64,000 bases of DNA from Myxococcota bacterium (lineage in GTDB: Bacteria > Myxococcota > UBA4151), in assembly GCA_036338695.1 (NCBI GenBank), contig JAYZBQ010000018.1, positions 816-64,815 of the forward strand, given 5' to 3'. Positions 55,083 through 64,000 of the stretch are shown here, piece by piece (within the stretch, counting starts at the first letter, position 1; the number at the start of each line of letters is the position of its first letter). Below the pieces are notes generated by a model. That model ran no database searches. It saw only the letters and a list, made by a program, of their open reading frames with translations, and had not been told where the DNA came from. Position numbers and translations under genes: made by a program.

Positions 55083-56585
55083 TTAGCCGCGAGGCGGGCC
55101 CGTGTGGACCCCGCAGCGAACGTACCGCCCGGTCACCTCTGCGTCGAACCCGGTCGCCGTGAGGCGCAGGTAATAGGTCCCCGCAGCCTGCCCTTGCACG
55201 TTGCGGATATACAGACCTTCGTCGGTCTCGTTGGCGCCCTCGATCACCTGATCGTCCTCGTCTCGAATCTCGGCGCGCAAACCCTGGACGCCCGAGCCGC
55301 TCGACGCGGAGCCGCACGCCACGGTGATGTTGTTGCCTTGGGCGAGGTCAAAGCTGAAGTAGTCGACGTCATCCTCCGAGAGTTGAGCCAGGATGAAGTA
55401 GCGCGTGGCGTTGCCATCGGCGCTCGCCTCGAGCGCCTCGGCGGTTCCTGCCACGCCGTTCGTCTCGTCCTCGGTCTCGACTGGGTTGTCGCCGTACAGG
55501 TTGAACTTGATCACGTAGAAGTCGTTGCTGCCTACGGCGTTGCCACTGTGCGCCACGTGCAGGTGGTAATCACCGAGCGCCAGTCCGCCCGGGCCGACCT
55601 CGTCCGTCTTGCCTGCGTGGCTGATGCGCGAGATGATGTTGCCTTGCGTATCGGCGACCCACATGCGCGTGCCGTTCGCCGTCGAGCCGTAACCGTCTGC
55701 GCCCAGCGGCATCAGCTGCGCTGAGAAGTGAGCTTGCTCTTCATCCGTGACGCTAAAGGTGTAGACGTCGACGTCGTCACCGTCTGCCAGATCCGCAAGG
55801 ATCAACGCCTTGCTCTCGGTGTCGAGCTCGATCGCTGACTCGGCGTCGTTACCACCCTCTTCACCGTAGACCGCGCCGCCGCCGATGTCTTCGGTGCTCA
55901 GGACGTTGACGTTGAGCGTGTAGGTGAAGCCGGGCTCGCCCTCAGCGGTCTCACCAGCCCAGGTCGTCCACTCCTCGAGCTTGATGTAGTAGGTTCCGGT
56001 GGCGACAGCCTTGGTGATCAGCTGCGAGTCCGTGTTGCGGCGCGGGTAGGCGTCGTCGTTCTGCGCAACCTGCGTCTGGCTCGGATCGAAAAGCGTGATC
56101 ACCGTGTCCACCTTACCGGGGGTGTCCTCCGGGTTGGCGTTGGTGGTGATCGCAAGCCACTGACCGGCTTCCACCTCGAACTTGTACCAGTCCAGATCGC
56201 CGGGGGTGGCGATCACCCCCTCGACGCTGCGACCGTCGATCGCCTGCGCGTCGTCGATCGTGTCGTTGCCGTCCGCCAGGTTCTCGTTGCGGCAGCGCTC
56301 GTCGCAGCCATCACCGGGGAAGGTGTTGCGGTCATCGCATTCCTCATCGCCTTCGACGACACCGTCACCGCAGCGAGCGGCGTCTTCGAGCACGCAGTTG
56401 CGGTCGCAGCCGTCCCGGTTGCACTGTCCGCCGTCGTCACACTCTTCACCCTCTTCGAGGATTCCGTTGCCGCAGACTGCGCCCGAGGCAGGTCCTGCGT
56501 CGGTGCCCCCGCCGGCGTTCGGGTCTTCGACGGCGCAGCCCATGGCGAGCGCCAGGGCAAACAAGCTGATGTGATGGAACTTCAT
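55083..56585 (-). CDS. Lipoprotein: N-terminal Cys-rich repeats plus 3 PPC (pre-peptidase C-terminal)-like beta domains; paralog A
   Basis: ATG 56585 with GAAGGAGA RBS. Lipobox ALAMGC. CGNGILEEGEECDDGG… repeats. PPC-like GDLDWYKFEVEAGQWLAITT recurs three times. Confidence 0.65.
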   Translation of the reverse strand: MKFHHISLFALALAMGCAVEDPNAGGGTDAGPASGAVCGNGILEEGEECDDGGQCNRDGCDRNCVLEDAARCGDGVVEGDEECDDRNTFPGDGCDERCRNENLADGNDTIDDAQAIDGRSVEGVIATPGDLDWYKFEVEAGQWLAITTNANPEDTPGKVDTVITLFDPSQTQVAQNDDAYPRRNTDSQLITKAVATGTYYIKLEEWTTWAGETAEGEPGFTYTLNVNVLSTEDIGGGAVYGEEGGNDAESAIELDTESKALILADLADGDDVDVYTFSVTDEEQAHFSAQLMPLGADGYGSTANGTRMWVADTQGNIISRISHAGKTDEVGPGGLALGDYHLHVAHSGNAVGSNDFYVIKFNLYGDNPVETEDETNGVAGTAEALEASADGNATRYFILAQLSEDDVDYFSFDLAQGNNITVACGSASSGSGVQGLRAEIRDEDDQVIEGANETDEGLYIRNVQGQAAGTYYLRLTATGFDAEVTGRYVRCGVHTGPPRG

Positions 56586-56679
56586 GACCAATCTCCTTCG
56601 AGTCGTACCGAGGGGTTACCACCCTTGACTCGCTCGGCAAGGTCATGGCGCTCGGACGATCGCCTGATAAAGGCTTTCG

Positions 56680-58185
56680 CTAACGATTGCGACTGTGAAT
56701 TCCGCAGCGCACGAAATGCCCGACGACGTCGTCGAGTTGCCCCGCCTTGCTCAAGCGCACATAGACCGGCCCCGCCTCCGTTCGCCCGGGGTTTGCGTCT
56801 CGAAGGTACGCTCGCTCAGAGTCCTCGATCGTCGCGCTGAGCTCCTCGTCGTTCCCATCGCGGACCGAGACCGTCAGATCGACCACGCCCGACCCTGCGC
56901 TGCGCGAGCGGCACACCACCGTGAGGCGTTGGTTCGCCTGCAGATCCACGCGAAAATAGTCGACGTCTCCATCGGGGAGCTGTGCCAAAGCAAAATGCGA
57001 CTGCAAGGAGCCGTTTGGGGAGAGCGACACGCGCTCAGCGCGCTCGAGCGATCCGTTCGTCTCCTCCTCCTGCTCGGGGTCGTTGTCGCCGCGTCGGTAC
57101 ACCAGCAAGACGTAGAAGTCGTTGGCGCCGGCCTCACCTCCCGGGTGTTCCACCCAAAAGGTGTAATCGCCCGGAGCCAGATTCGGGGCGAAGGTGTCGA
57201 AGTCGTTGGCGGGGGTCCTGCGCGCCACCACGGCGCCGTCGGAATTGGTGATCCAGACCCTCCCGACCGGCCGGGTGGAGCCGTTACCAGAGGGCGACGC
57301 TTTGTAGATGTTCATATCGAACTGCGTCTTGTCGCCCGCCTCCTCAGCTGTGGGGATGGAGAACGCGTAGGTGTCGACGTCGCCGCTGCGCTCGAATCCG
57401 CCCACAACCCATGCGTAGTGATAGCGCTCCGACCAGCCCATGGCTTGCGCCGACTCGGCGTCATCGCCGGCTTCGGCGTCTAAGTTCACCTGCTCCGCGT
57501 CGGTCGCCAGCGCGCGGATCTTCAGCGTGTACACAAAGTTTCGAGCACCCCGAGCAGCCCCGACGCCGCCATTCTGAGCGTCTTGGACTTTGAGGTAATA
57601 GGTATCGGTCGCTGGCAGGCGAGTAATGATCCGGCTGTCTGCTTCGCCGTCATCATAGTTATCATTCTGCGCAATCCGAGTCCGCTCTGAATTGTAGAGC
57701 GTGATCACCGTATCGACCAGCTCGTCATCGGCGTCGGCGTTGGCGTCGGTGGTGATGATGAGCCACTGCCCCTGCTCGCCCTCAAAGCGAAAATAGTCCT
57801 GGTCGCCAGCTGGGAAGATCGCGTCCACGACCTGGCCGCCAAAGCGACCGTCGGCCGCAAACTCCCAGGAGTCGTTGTTGTCTGCAGTCAGCTCGCAGTC
57901 GTTGCCGCACGCGTCGTCGTCAACACCGTTGCCGTCATCGCAGGCTTCGCCGCCCTCGAGCACTCCGTTTCCGCACTCGGGGCGGGCTTCTCGCTGGCAT
58001 TGATTGGAGCAGCCGTCACCGTTGCGAGGGTTCCCGTCGTCGCACTGCTCGCCTGGATCGACCACGCTGTTTCCACACAGGTTAACTCCAGCCGGGCCAG
58101 CGTCCGTGCTGCAGACCTCGACCTCTTTGACCTGCACGCACGCGCTCCATCCGAGCGCCGCCGCTAGGGCGATGAGTTGACGCAT
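56680..58185 (-). CDS. Lipoprotein: Cys-rich repeats plus PPC-like beta domains; paralog B, in tandem with the previous gene
   Basis: ATG 58185 with GGAGG 5 nt upstream. Lipobox ALGWSAC. Collinear with paralog A (…DQDYFRFEGEQGQWLIITTDANA…TVITLYN…IAQNDN…). Confidence 0.65.
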   Translation of the reverse strand: MRQLIALAAALGWSACVQVKEVEVCSTDAGPAGVNLCGNSVVDPGEQCDDGNPRNGDGCSNQCQREARPECGNGVLEGGEACDDGNGVDDDACGNDCELTADNNDSWEFAADGRFGGQVVDAIFPAGDQDYFRFEGEQGQWLIITTDANADADDELVDTVITLYNSERTRIAQNDNYDDGEADSRIITRLPATDTYYLKVQDAQNGGVGAARGARNFVYTLKIRALATDAEQVNLDAEAGDDAESAQAMGWSERYHYAWVVGGFERSGDVDTYAFSIPTAEEAGDKTQFDMNIYKASPSGNGSTRPVGRVWITNSDGAVVARRTPANDFDTFAPNLAPGDYTFWVEHPGGEAGANDFYVLLVYRRGDNDPEQEEETNGSLERAERVSLSPNGSLQSHFALAQLPDGDVDYFRVDLQANQRLTVVCRSRSAGSGVVDLTVSVRDGNDEELSATIEDSERAYLRDANPGRTEAGPVYVRLSKAGQLDDVVGHFVRCGIHSRNR

Positions 58186-58261
58186 CGTACCTCCAAAAAA
58201 CCGCAGGGTTCCGGAGTGCGTCATAAGGGATGCCTGCGCGCGCCGCAATGCGGCTCGCCCT

Positions 58262-60532
58262 CTAGCCGCTCAGCGCGGAGCGCAAAACCGACTGCAGCGC
58301 CTTGGCGTCTGCGCGCCCTTTCGAGGCCCGCATACACGCGCCCACGAAGAACCCGATCAGCCGCTGATCGCCGGCGCGAAAGCGCTCAACCTCGACCGGA
58401 TGCGCTGAGATCACGCCTTGGACCAGCGCGTCCAAGTCCAGCTCCTCGCGTGCGTCGAGCACCCCAAGCGCCTGAGCGACCGCCTCGGGCTCGCCGCCCA
58501 CCGACATCAACTCCGTCAGGACGGCGCCATGGTCCGCACGGCCGATCCGCCCGGCGCTGACCAGCGCAAGGAAGCCAGCGACCTGGACCCCGCTGAGCCG
58601 CTGCGCGCCGTCATCGCCCTTGCGCAGCGCCCGCAGGTCGTTGAGCAACCACTTGGCAGCGTCTTGCGCCTCCGCGCCTGCGGCGACGCTCTCTTCCCAC
58701 TGCTCACGAAGCGCGCGATCTCGGCAGAGCCTGAGCGCATCGGCGGGCCGCACATTGCGCGCAATGACCGCGTCGACCTCAGCCTGCAGCGCCGCCGAGA
58801 CCTCGGGCGCTCGGCCAGCGCTCGGCGCCTGCTTCGGCGCTCGCTTCGGCTCGGGCGCCTTAGGCTGAGGCGCCTGCTTGGCCTTACCCCAGCTGTCCCG
58901 CAGACCAACGATCCGGTTGAACACAACACCCTCATCGTCCGGGTCGCGGTAAAAATAACCGCACCGCTCAAACTGAAACCGTGAACCGAGCGCTTCGGCG
59001 GCCGCGTAAGGCTCAACGTAGGCGCCCTCGAGCACCTGCAACGAATTGGGGTTCAGCTCGTCTCGATAGTCGACCTCCGGCTGGCTACCAGGCGATGGCG
59101 CATCAAACAGCGGCTCGATCAGTCGCACCGTAGCAGGCACGGCGTCGGCGGCGTTGAGCCAATGGATCGTCCCACGGACCTTTCGGCCGACCGGCGCCGC
59201 GCCGAGGGTCGCCAGGTCAGCCGTTGCGCGCAGTTCGGTGACGACGCCGTCGGCATCCTTGATCACCTCATCGCAGCGGACGACCCAACCACGCCGCAAT
59301 CGGACCTCTCCGCCTGGCGACAAGCGACGCCAACCTTTGGGCGGGACCTCGGCGAAGTCGCTGCGCTCGATGAGCAACTCGGAGCCTAGGTTGAGGCGAC
59401 GTGTGGCGTCGCCCGGCACATCGTGAGGCCACAGCTCCGCTTCGATCGCCACCGGCTCGTCCACGTTGGTCAGGGTCAGCTTGATGGGGTCGAGCACGGC
59501 CATCACGCGCTCGGCGCGGGTGTTCAGCGTGTCTCGCAGCGCGAAGTCAAACTTATCCCAATCGACGGTCGAATTCGCCTTCGCCACCCCGATCATGTCG
59601 CAGAACTGCCGGATCGCCTCCGGCGGAACACCCCGGCGCCGAATCCCAGCGAGGGTCGGCATGCGCGGGTCATCCCAGCCCCAAACGTGCCCTTCTTGCA
59701 CCAGCGCGATCAACCTGCGCTTCGACATGACCGTGTTTGGGAGCGCCAGCCGCGCCATCTCATACTGCCTCGGTCGGTAGGTCGGTAAGGTCACGTGCTC
59801 GATGACCCAGTCGTACAGCTCGCGGTTGTTCTGAAATTCGAGCGTGCAGATCGAATGCGTCACCCCTTCGATCGCGTCCTCAAGGCAGTGGGCGAAGTCA
59901 TACATGGGGTAGATACACCAGGCGTCGCCGGTGCGATGGTGGTGCTCTTTTCGGATCCGATAAAGCAGCGGGTCACGCATCAAAATATTGGCTGCGCTCA
60001 GGTCGATTTTTGCCCTCAAAACGCAGTGCCCGTCAGGGTATTCGCCGGCGCGCATCTTACGGAAGTGCTCGGCGTTCTCCTCGGGGCTCGTATCGCGATA
60101 CCGACTCGGCGTACCGGGCTCACCCACGGCGCCGCGCATCGAACGCAGCTCCTCGATCGACGAAAAATCGACATACGCGAGCCCTTGCGCGATCAGCTCC
60201 TCCGCCCAGCTCGCCATCTGCTCAAAATAGTCGGAGGCGAAGCGCACCTCGCCGGTCCACTCGAACCCCAGCCAGCGCACGTCGTTCATGATGGACTCGA
60301 CGTATTCGGTGTCTTCGGTGGTCGGGTTGGTGTCGTCAAAGCGCAGGTGGCAGTCCCCACCATACTGAGCTGCGAGCCCAAAATTGACGCAGATCGCTTT
60401 GGCGTGACCGATGTGGAGGTAGCCGTTGGGTTCGGGCGGAAAGCGAGTGATCACGCGCCCACCGTGGGTATCGGCCGCCAGGTCAGCGTCGATGATCTCG
60501 GTAATAAAATTCGACAGCTTCTTTTCGCTCAC
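58262..60532 (-). CDS. glnS: Glutaminyl-tRNA synthetase with a C-terminal YqeY/GatB-like appended domain
   Basis: HIGH motif PEPNGYLHIGHAK. VMSKR (KMSKS). GlnRS anticodon-binding beta-barrels. A ~190-aa C-terminal extension resembles the GatB/YqeY tail domain. Start set at GTG 60532 (GGAG upstream), by alignment with E. coli GlnRS MSEAE…NFI. Confidence 0.9.
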   Translation of the reverse strand: MSEKKLSNFITEIIDADLAADTHGGRVITRFPPEPNGYLHIGHAKAICVNFGLAAQYGGDCHLRFDDTNPTTEDTEYVESIMNDVRWLGFEWTGEVRFASDYFEQMASWAEELIAQGLAYVDFSSIEELRSMRGAVGEPGTPSRYRDTSPEENAEHFRKMRAGEYPDGHCVLRAKIDLSAANILMRDPLLYRIRKEHHHRTGDAWCIYPMYDFAHCLEDAIEGVTHSICTLEFQNNRELYDWVIEHVTLPTYRPRQYEMARLALPNTVMSKRRLIALVQEGHVWGWDDPRMPTLAGIRRRGVPPEAIRQFCDMIGVAKANSTVDWDKFDFALRDTLNTRAERVMAVLDPIKLTLTNVDEPVAIEAELWPHDVPGDATRRLNLGSELLIERSDFAEVPPKGWRRLSPGGEVRLRRGWVVRCDEVIKDADGVVTELRATADLATLGAAPVGRKVRGTIHWLNAADAVPATVRLIEPLFDAPSPGSQPEVDYRDELNPNSLQVLEGAYVEPYAAAEALGSRFQFERCGYFYRDPDDEGVVFNRIVGLRDSWGKAKQAPQPKAPEPKRAPKQAPSAGRAPEVSAALQAEVDAVIARNVRPADALRLCRDRALREQWEESVAAGAEAQDAAKWLLNDLRALRKGDDGAQRLSGVQVAGFLALVSAGRIGRADHGAVLTELMSVGGEPEAVAQALGVLDAREELDLDALVQGVISAHPVEVERFRAGDQRLIGFFVGACMRASKGRADAKALQSVLRSALSG

Positions 60533-60638
60533 AGCGCGCACTCCTCGAGTGCAGGCGATAATGCAGCGAGCGGGAGATCGCAACGCTTGAACGGTGGCGC
60601 CATTGCGGCGCGGCTTGGGCGGAGGCATACACCGTAGC

Positions 60639-61697
60639 ATGGACACCCGGCTCGTCGCAGCAGCGATCCCCCTCTTTGGCTTGTTCATTGCCCTCGAGTG
60701 GTGGGTGGCGCGCCGCCGCCGCGTAACGATCTACCGACTCTTCGACGCGATCGCCGACCTGAGCTGCGGGATCGCACAGCAGCTTTGCTTGCTGGTCAGT
60801 CAAGCGCCCCTCTTGGTCGTCTACGCGTACCTCCAGAGTCACTATGGGCTGTGGACCTTTGAGAAGAGCCTCGGCACCTTCGCCCTCGCCTGGCTGATCA
60901 ACGACTTCTTGTACTACTGGTGGCATCGCGCCAGCCACCGGATCAACTGGCTCTGGGCGCTGCACGTCGTTCACCACCAGAGCGAGGACTTCAACCTCGC
61001 TGTGGCGCTGCGACAGGCGATGTTCACCCACACAACCGCCATGATCTTTTATGCCCCGATGGCGCTGATGGGCTTCGACGTCGTCACGTTTGGGGTGGTG
61101 CTTGCGCTGAACACGCTCGTTCAGTTCTGGATCCACACCGAGCTGATCCGTGACTGCGGGCCGATCGAGTGGATCTTCAACACGCCGAGCCACCACCGGG
61201 TCCACCACGGCATCAACGATCGCTACCTCGACACCAACTACGCCGGCTTCCTGATCATCTGGGATAAGCTCTTCGGCACCTTTGAGCGCGAAGAGGAAGA
61301 GGTCGTCTACGGGATCACCAAACCGCTCAACAGCTTCAACCCGTTCTGGGCGAACACGCACTACTTCGTCGAGCTTGCGCAGCGCGCCTGGCGTCTAGAG
61401 CGCCTGCGCGACAAGCTGTGGGTTTGGTGGGCGCCGCCTGAGTGGCTCGGACAAGGCGAAGAGTCGCCGGCGCGCGCGCCTCAGCGACGCGCCGATCAGG
61501 TCAAATTCGACCGGGTCAGCTCGCCCGGTCGCACCGCGCTGGCTCTGGCCCTCTTTGGCGTGATTATGGCGGCGACGCTGGCGATGATCATCTACGGAAA
61601 AAGCCTGGGTTTCCTGCCGCTGATCGGTGCCATCGGAGGTCTGTATCTGATGCTCTGGATGGTGACGTGGGGCCGCAGCGCACCCGCAAAAATCTGA
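60639..61697 (+). CDS. Fatty-acid hydroxylase / sterol-desaturase-family membrane protein
   Basis: Three histidine boxes: HRASHR, HVVHHQSE, HHRVHHG. Multi-TM. Confidence 0.8.
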   Translation: MDTRLVAAAIPLFGLFIALEWWVARRRRVTIYRLFDAIADLSCGIAQQLCLLVSQAPLLVVYAYLQSHYGLWTFEKSLGTFALAWLINDFLYYWWHRASHRINWLWALHVVHHQSEDFNLAVALRQAMFTHTTAMIFYAPMALMGFDVVTFGVVLALNTLVQFWIHTELIRDCGPIEWIFNTPSHHRVHHGINDRYLDTNYAGFLIIWDKLFGTFEREEEEVVYGITKPLNSFNPFWANTHYFVELAQRAWRLERLRDKLWVWWAPPEWLGQGEESPARAPQRRADQVKFDRVSSPGRTALALALFGVIMAATLAMIIYGKSLGFLPLIGAIGGLYLMLWMVTWGRSAPAKI

Positions 61698-61775
61698 TCG
61701 CTGGGTTGCGAATTGACTTCCGCATCCTAGATTGCGCATACACCTGCACAACCCTTTCGTTTAGGAGCGAAAACA

Positions 61776-62399
61776 ATGAGCATTTTGGTTGGTCGTAAAG
61801 CCCCTGATTTCACCACGCAAGCCGTGCTGAGCAGTGGCGAGATCGTCGAGGACTTTCAACTCAGTAGCGTCATCTCCGGCAAGTACGGTGTCGTCTTCTT
61901 CTACCCGCTGGACTTCACCTTCGTCTGCCCCAGCGAGATCATCGCTATGGACCACCGCGCCGCCAAGCTGCGCGAGCTGGGCTGTGAGATCGTCGGCATC
62001 TCGATCGACTCGCACCACACCCACTTTGCGTGGCGCAACACCGCCATCGAGAACGGCGGGATCGGTCAGCTCAGCTACACGCTGGCGGCGGACATGAACC
62101 ACACCATCGCTCAGTCCTACGGGATCCAAAGCGACGGCGGTGACTCCTACTACCCGGCGGGCGTCGCCATGCGCGCCACCTTCATCATCGACCAAAACGG
62201 TGTCGTTCGTCACCAGGTCGTCAACGATGAGCCGCTCGGGCGCAACATGGACGAGGTCGTCCGGATCGTCGAAGCCCTGCAGTTCTTCGAAGAGCACGGT
62301 CAAGTTTGCCCCGCAGGCTGGCAAAAGGGTCAGCCGGGTATGACCAACACCGCCGACGGTGTTGCGTCGTACCTCGCTGAAAACGCTGGCGACCTGTAA
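61776..62399 (+). CDS. ahpC: Peroxiredoxin, typical 2-Cys (AhpC/Tsa family)
   Basis: FTFVCPSEI (peroxidatic Cys) and resolving Cys in VCPAGW. 207 aa. Confidence 0.9.
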   Translation: MSILVGRKAPDFTTQAVLSSGEIVEDFQLSSVISGKYGVVFFYPLDFTFVCPSEIIAMDHRAAKLRELGCEIVGISIDSHHTHFAWRNTAIENGGIGQLSYTLAADMNHTIAQSYGIQSDGGDSYYPAGVAMRATFIIDQNGVVRHQVVNDEPLGRNMDEVVRIVEALQFFEEHGQVCPAGWQKGQPGMTNTADGVASYLAENAGDL

Positions 62400-62427
62400 G
62401 TCTCCGAGCGAGCTTCAAAGCGAAGCG

Positions 62428-62460
62428 CGGCGCCTCATCACGAGGCGTCGTTCTTTTTTT
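62428..62460 (+). terminator. Rho-independent terminator downstream of ahpC
   Basis: 9-bp stem cggcgcctc/gaggcgtcg with loop atcac, followed by ttcttttttt. Confidence 0.75.
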
Positions 62461-62529
62461 GTGCGCTGAGACGCAAAGGCGAGCCGCGAATCTTGATGCG
62501 ATCGGCGCTCCCACGTACAGTGGCGCACC

Positions 62530-64000
62530 ATGAGTAACGTACGCTTTCATCTCAACGGTCAGCCGGTGCTGGCCGAGAACTTACAACCGACCTCGACGCT
62601 GCTGCGCTGGCTGCGCGAAAACAAAGGGCTCACGGGTACCAAAGAGGGCTGCGCAGAGGGCGACTGCGGCGCCTGCTCGGTCGTCATCGCTGACCCGCTC
62701 GGCGAGGGCGGCACGACCCTACGCTCGGTCAACTCGTGCTTGGTGCTCACCCCCACGCTCGAGGGGCAGCACGTGTTCACCGTCGAGGGGCTGCAAGCCG
62801 AAGACGGCACCCCCCACCCCGTCCAAGAAGCGATGGTCAAGCACCTGGGTAGCCAGTGCGGCTACTGCACCCCCGGCTTCATCATGGCGATGGCTGAGGG
62901 GGCCCACCGAACGGACCTCGACGAGCCCTGGAAGCTCAATGACCAGCTCTGCGGGAACCTGTGTCGGTGCACGGGGTATCGACCGATCCGAGATGCGCTC
63001 CGAGACGTTGCGGGCACCTGCCCCGCTGACGGGCTCGCCCAAGCTCGAGCGGCTGGCGGCGCGGTCGGCGAGGTCCGCTCCGAGGGCTTCTCGCAGCCTC
63101 AGACGCTCGCGGCGTTCTTTGAACAGCTTGAGCGAACGCCCAGCGCTCAGCTCGTGGCAGGCGCCACCGATCTCGGGCTCCTCATCACCAAGAAGCATGC
63201 CCGCTACGATCACATCATCTCGTTGCTCGCGCTGCCTGAGCTGCGCGGCATCCGCAAGACCCCCACTGGCTGGTCGATCGGCGCCGCCGTACCGCTCGCC
63301 GACGTGGAAGCCTTCGCCGTTGAAGCCTTACCGGTTCTAGGCAGAGCGCTCCGATACTTCGGGAGCCGTCAGATCAAGCATCGAGGGACGCTCGGCGGGA
63401 ACCTCGCCACCGCCTCCCCCATCGGCGACTCTGCGCCCGTGCTGATGGCGCTCAACGCCTCCCTGATTCTAGCCTCTGCGAGCGGTCAGCGACGCGTCGC
63501 ACTCGACGACTTCTTTGTCGGCTATCGCCAGACGGCGCAGCGCCAAGGCGAGCTGATCACGCGCATCGAGATCCCGCGACCTGAGCCGGACACACGCTTG
63601 GGCAGCTACAAGGTCTCGAGGCGGCGCGAGATGGACATCAGCGCCATCGCACTCGGCGCGGCGATCACGCTGTCGGGCGACGACACCGTCCAAGCTGCGC
63701 GCTTGGTGTTTGGCGGCATGGCGGCGACGACCCAGCGTGCGAAAGGCGCCGAGGCAGCGCTGGTCGGCAAACCCTGGAGCGTGGACACGGTCCGCGCCGC
63801 GATGCGTGCGCTCGATACCGATTTCACGCCGCTCTCGGACCACCGCGGCAGCGCCGAGTATCGCCGCGCCGTGGCGGCGAACTTACTGATGGGACTGTAC
63901 GAGGAAGCCAAGGCGGCGCCCAACGGCGCGCTGCCTGCTTGGCACGCCGGGACGGTCCTACCGGGCAACGACGAGCAGGTCGCAGCCTACCACCCGGCGC
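62530..64000 (+). CDS. xdhA: Xanthine dehydrogenase small subunit (2Fe-2S + FAD-binding), partial (runs off the 3' edge)
   Basis: Manual translation from ATG 62530. CAEGDCGACSV and CGYCTPG…CRCTGY 2Fe-2S motifs. FAD-binding LVAGATDLGL and GTLGGNLATASPIGD. No stop within 490 codons. Confidence 0.85.
   Translation, partial: MSNVRFHLNGQPVLAENLQPTSTLLRWLRENKGLTGTKEGCAEGDCGACSVVIADPLGEGGTTLRSVNSCLVLTPTLEGQHVFTVEGLQAEDGTPHPVQEAMVKHLGSQCGYCTPGFIMAMAEGAHRTDLDEPWKLNDQLCGNLCRCTGYRPIRDALRDVAGTCPADGLAQARAAGGAVGEVRSEGFSQPQTLAAFFEQLERTPSAQLVAGATDLGLLITKKHARYDHIISLLALPELRGIRKTPTGWSIGAAVPLADVEAFAVEALPVLGRALRYFGSRQIKHRGTLGGNLATASPIGDSAPVLMALNASLILASASGQRRVALDDFFVGYRQTAQRQGELITRIEIPRPEPDTRLGSYKVSRRREMDISAIALGAAITLSGDDTVQAARLVFGGMAATTQRAKGAEAALVGKPWSVDTVRAAMRALDTDFTPLSDHRGSAEYRRAVAANLLMGLYEEAKAAPNGALPAWHAGTVLPGNDEQVAAYHPA

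Noticed and set aside
1-64000. CRISPR arrays, transposases/IS, integrases, phage structural genes, toxin-antitoxin pairs
   Set aside because: No short regularly spaced direct repeats with unique spacers were seen. No DDE/serine/tyrosine recombinase motifs were recognised in any frame I examined. The only DNA tandem repeats are coding (PE linker, Cys-repeat arrays).

Overview
This 64-kb window is a high-GC (roughly two-thirds G+C) chromosomal segment. Real genes are densely packed, often with 4-nt ATGA stop/start overlaps, and the G+C richness produces many spurious long ORFs on the antisense strand. Three traits point to a myxobacterial (Myxococcota) origin, which is inference, not database-confirmed: (i) secreted proteins built from the ~35-40 aa 'CGDG..CDDGN..C' cysteine-rich repeat known from Myxococcus, (ii) a very high density of lipoprotein signal peptides, and (iii) a bifunctional RelA/SpoT.

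Housekeeping genes I recognise confidently:
- a phosphonate-type ABC transporter (phnC plus a PhnD-like binding protein running off the 5' edge)
- lepA, an SDR epimerase, scoB, a LuxR-type response regulator, a lytic transglycosylase, tsaC (YrdC)
- a MoxR AAA+/VWA(CoxE-like) pair, a 2x[4Fe-4S] ferredoxin, relA/spoT, recG, an NlpD-like LysM-M23 peptidase, DedA, surE
- one tRNA-Pro(GGG)
- a GMC oxidoreductase with a Tat-signal small subunit, two THUMP RNA methyltransferase loci (one a split rlmK/rlmL pair), a YeiH-family exporter, an esterase
- an alpha-glucan cluster (GH13 plus a GH57::GH77 fusion), glutathione peroxidase co-encoded with a Kv-type K+ channel, sufE
- glnS with a C-terminal YqeY/GatB-like extension, a fatty-acid-hydroxylase-family protein, ahpC, and the start of xdhA

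Between these lie accessory-looking secreted and lipoprotein genes:
- a Ca-binding-loop lipoprotein
- a (PE)n/Arg-rich-tail lipoprotein
- large Cys-rich lipoproteins
- a Cys-repeat protein with a C-type lectin domain
- an RCC1-propeller plus Cys-repeat protein
- tandem PPC-domain paralogs

I found no CRISPR array, transposase, integrase or phage structural genes.

The places I think most likely to hide something undescribed are:
- the lepA-coupled pair (a secreted protein plus a PqqD/RRE-like zinc-ribbon protein)
- the RS-like-tail lipoprotein, MoxR/VWA and ferredoxin neighbourhood
- the Kv-channel/Gpx operon
- the Cys-repeat/CTLD/RCC1 secreted-protein clusters
- the small strongly-SD-led ORFs at 32.8 kb and 53.95 kb

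All functional calls are from motif recognition by eye; none were database-verified.
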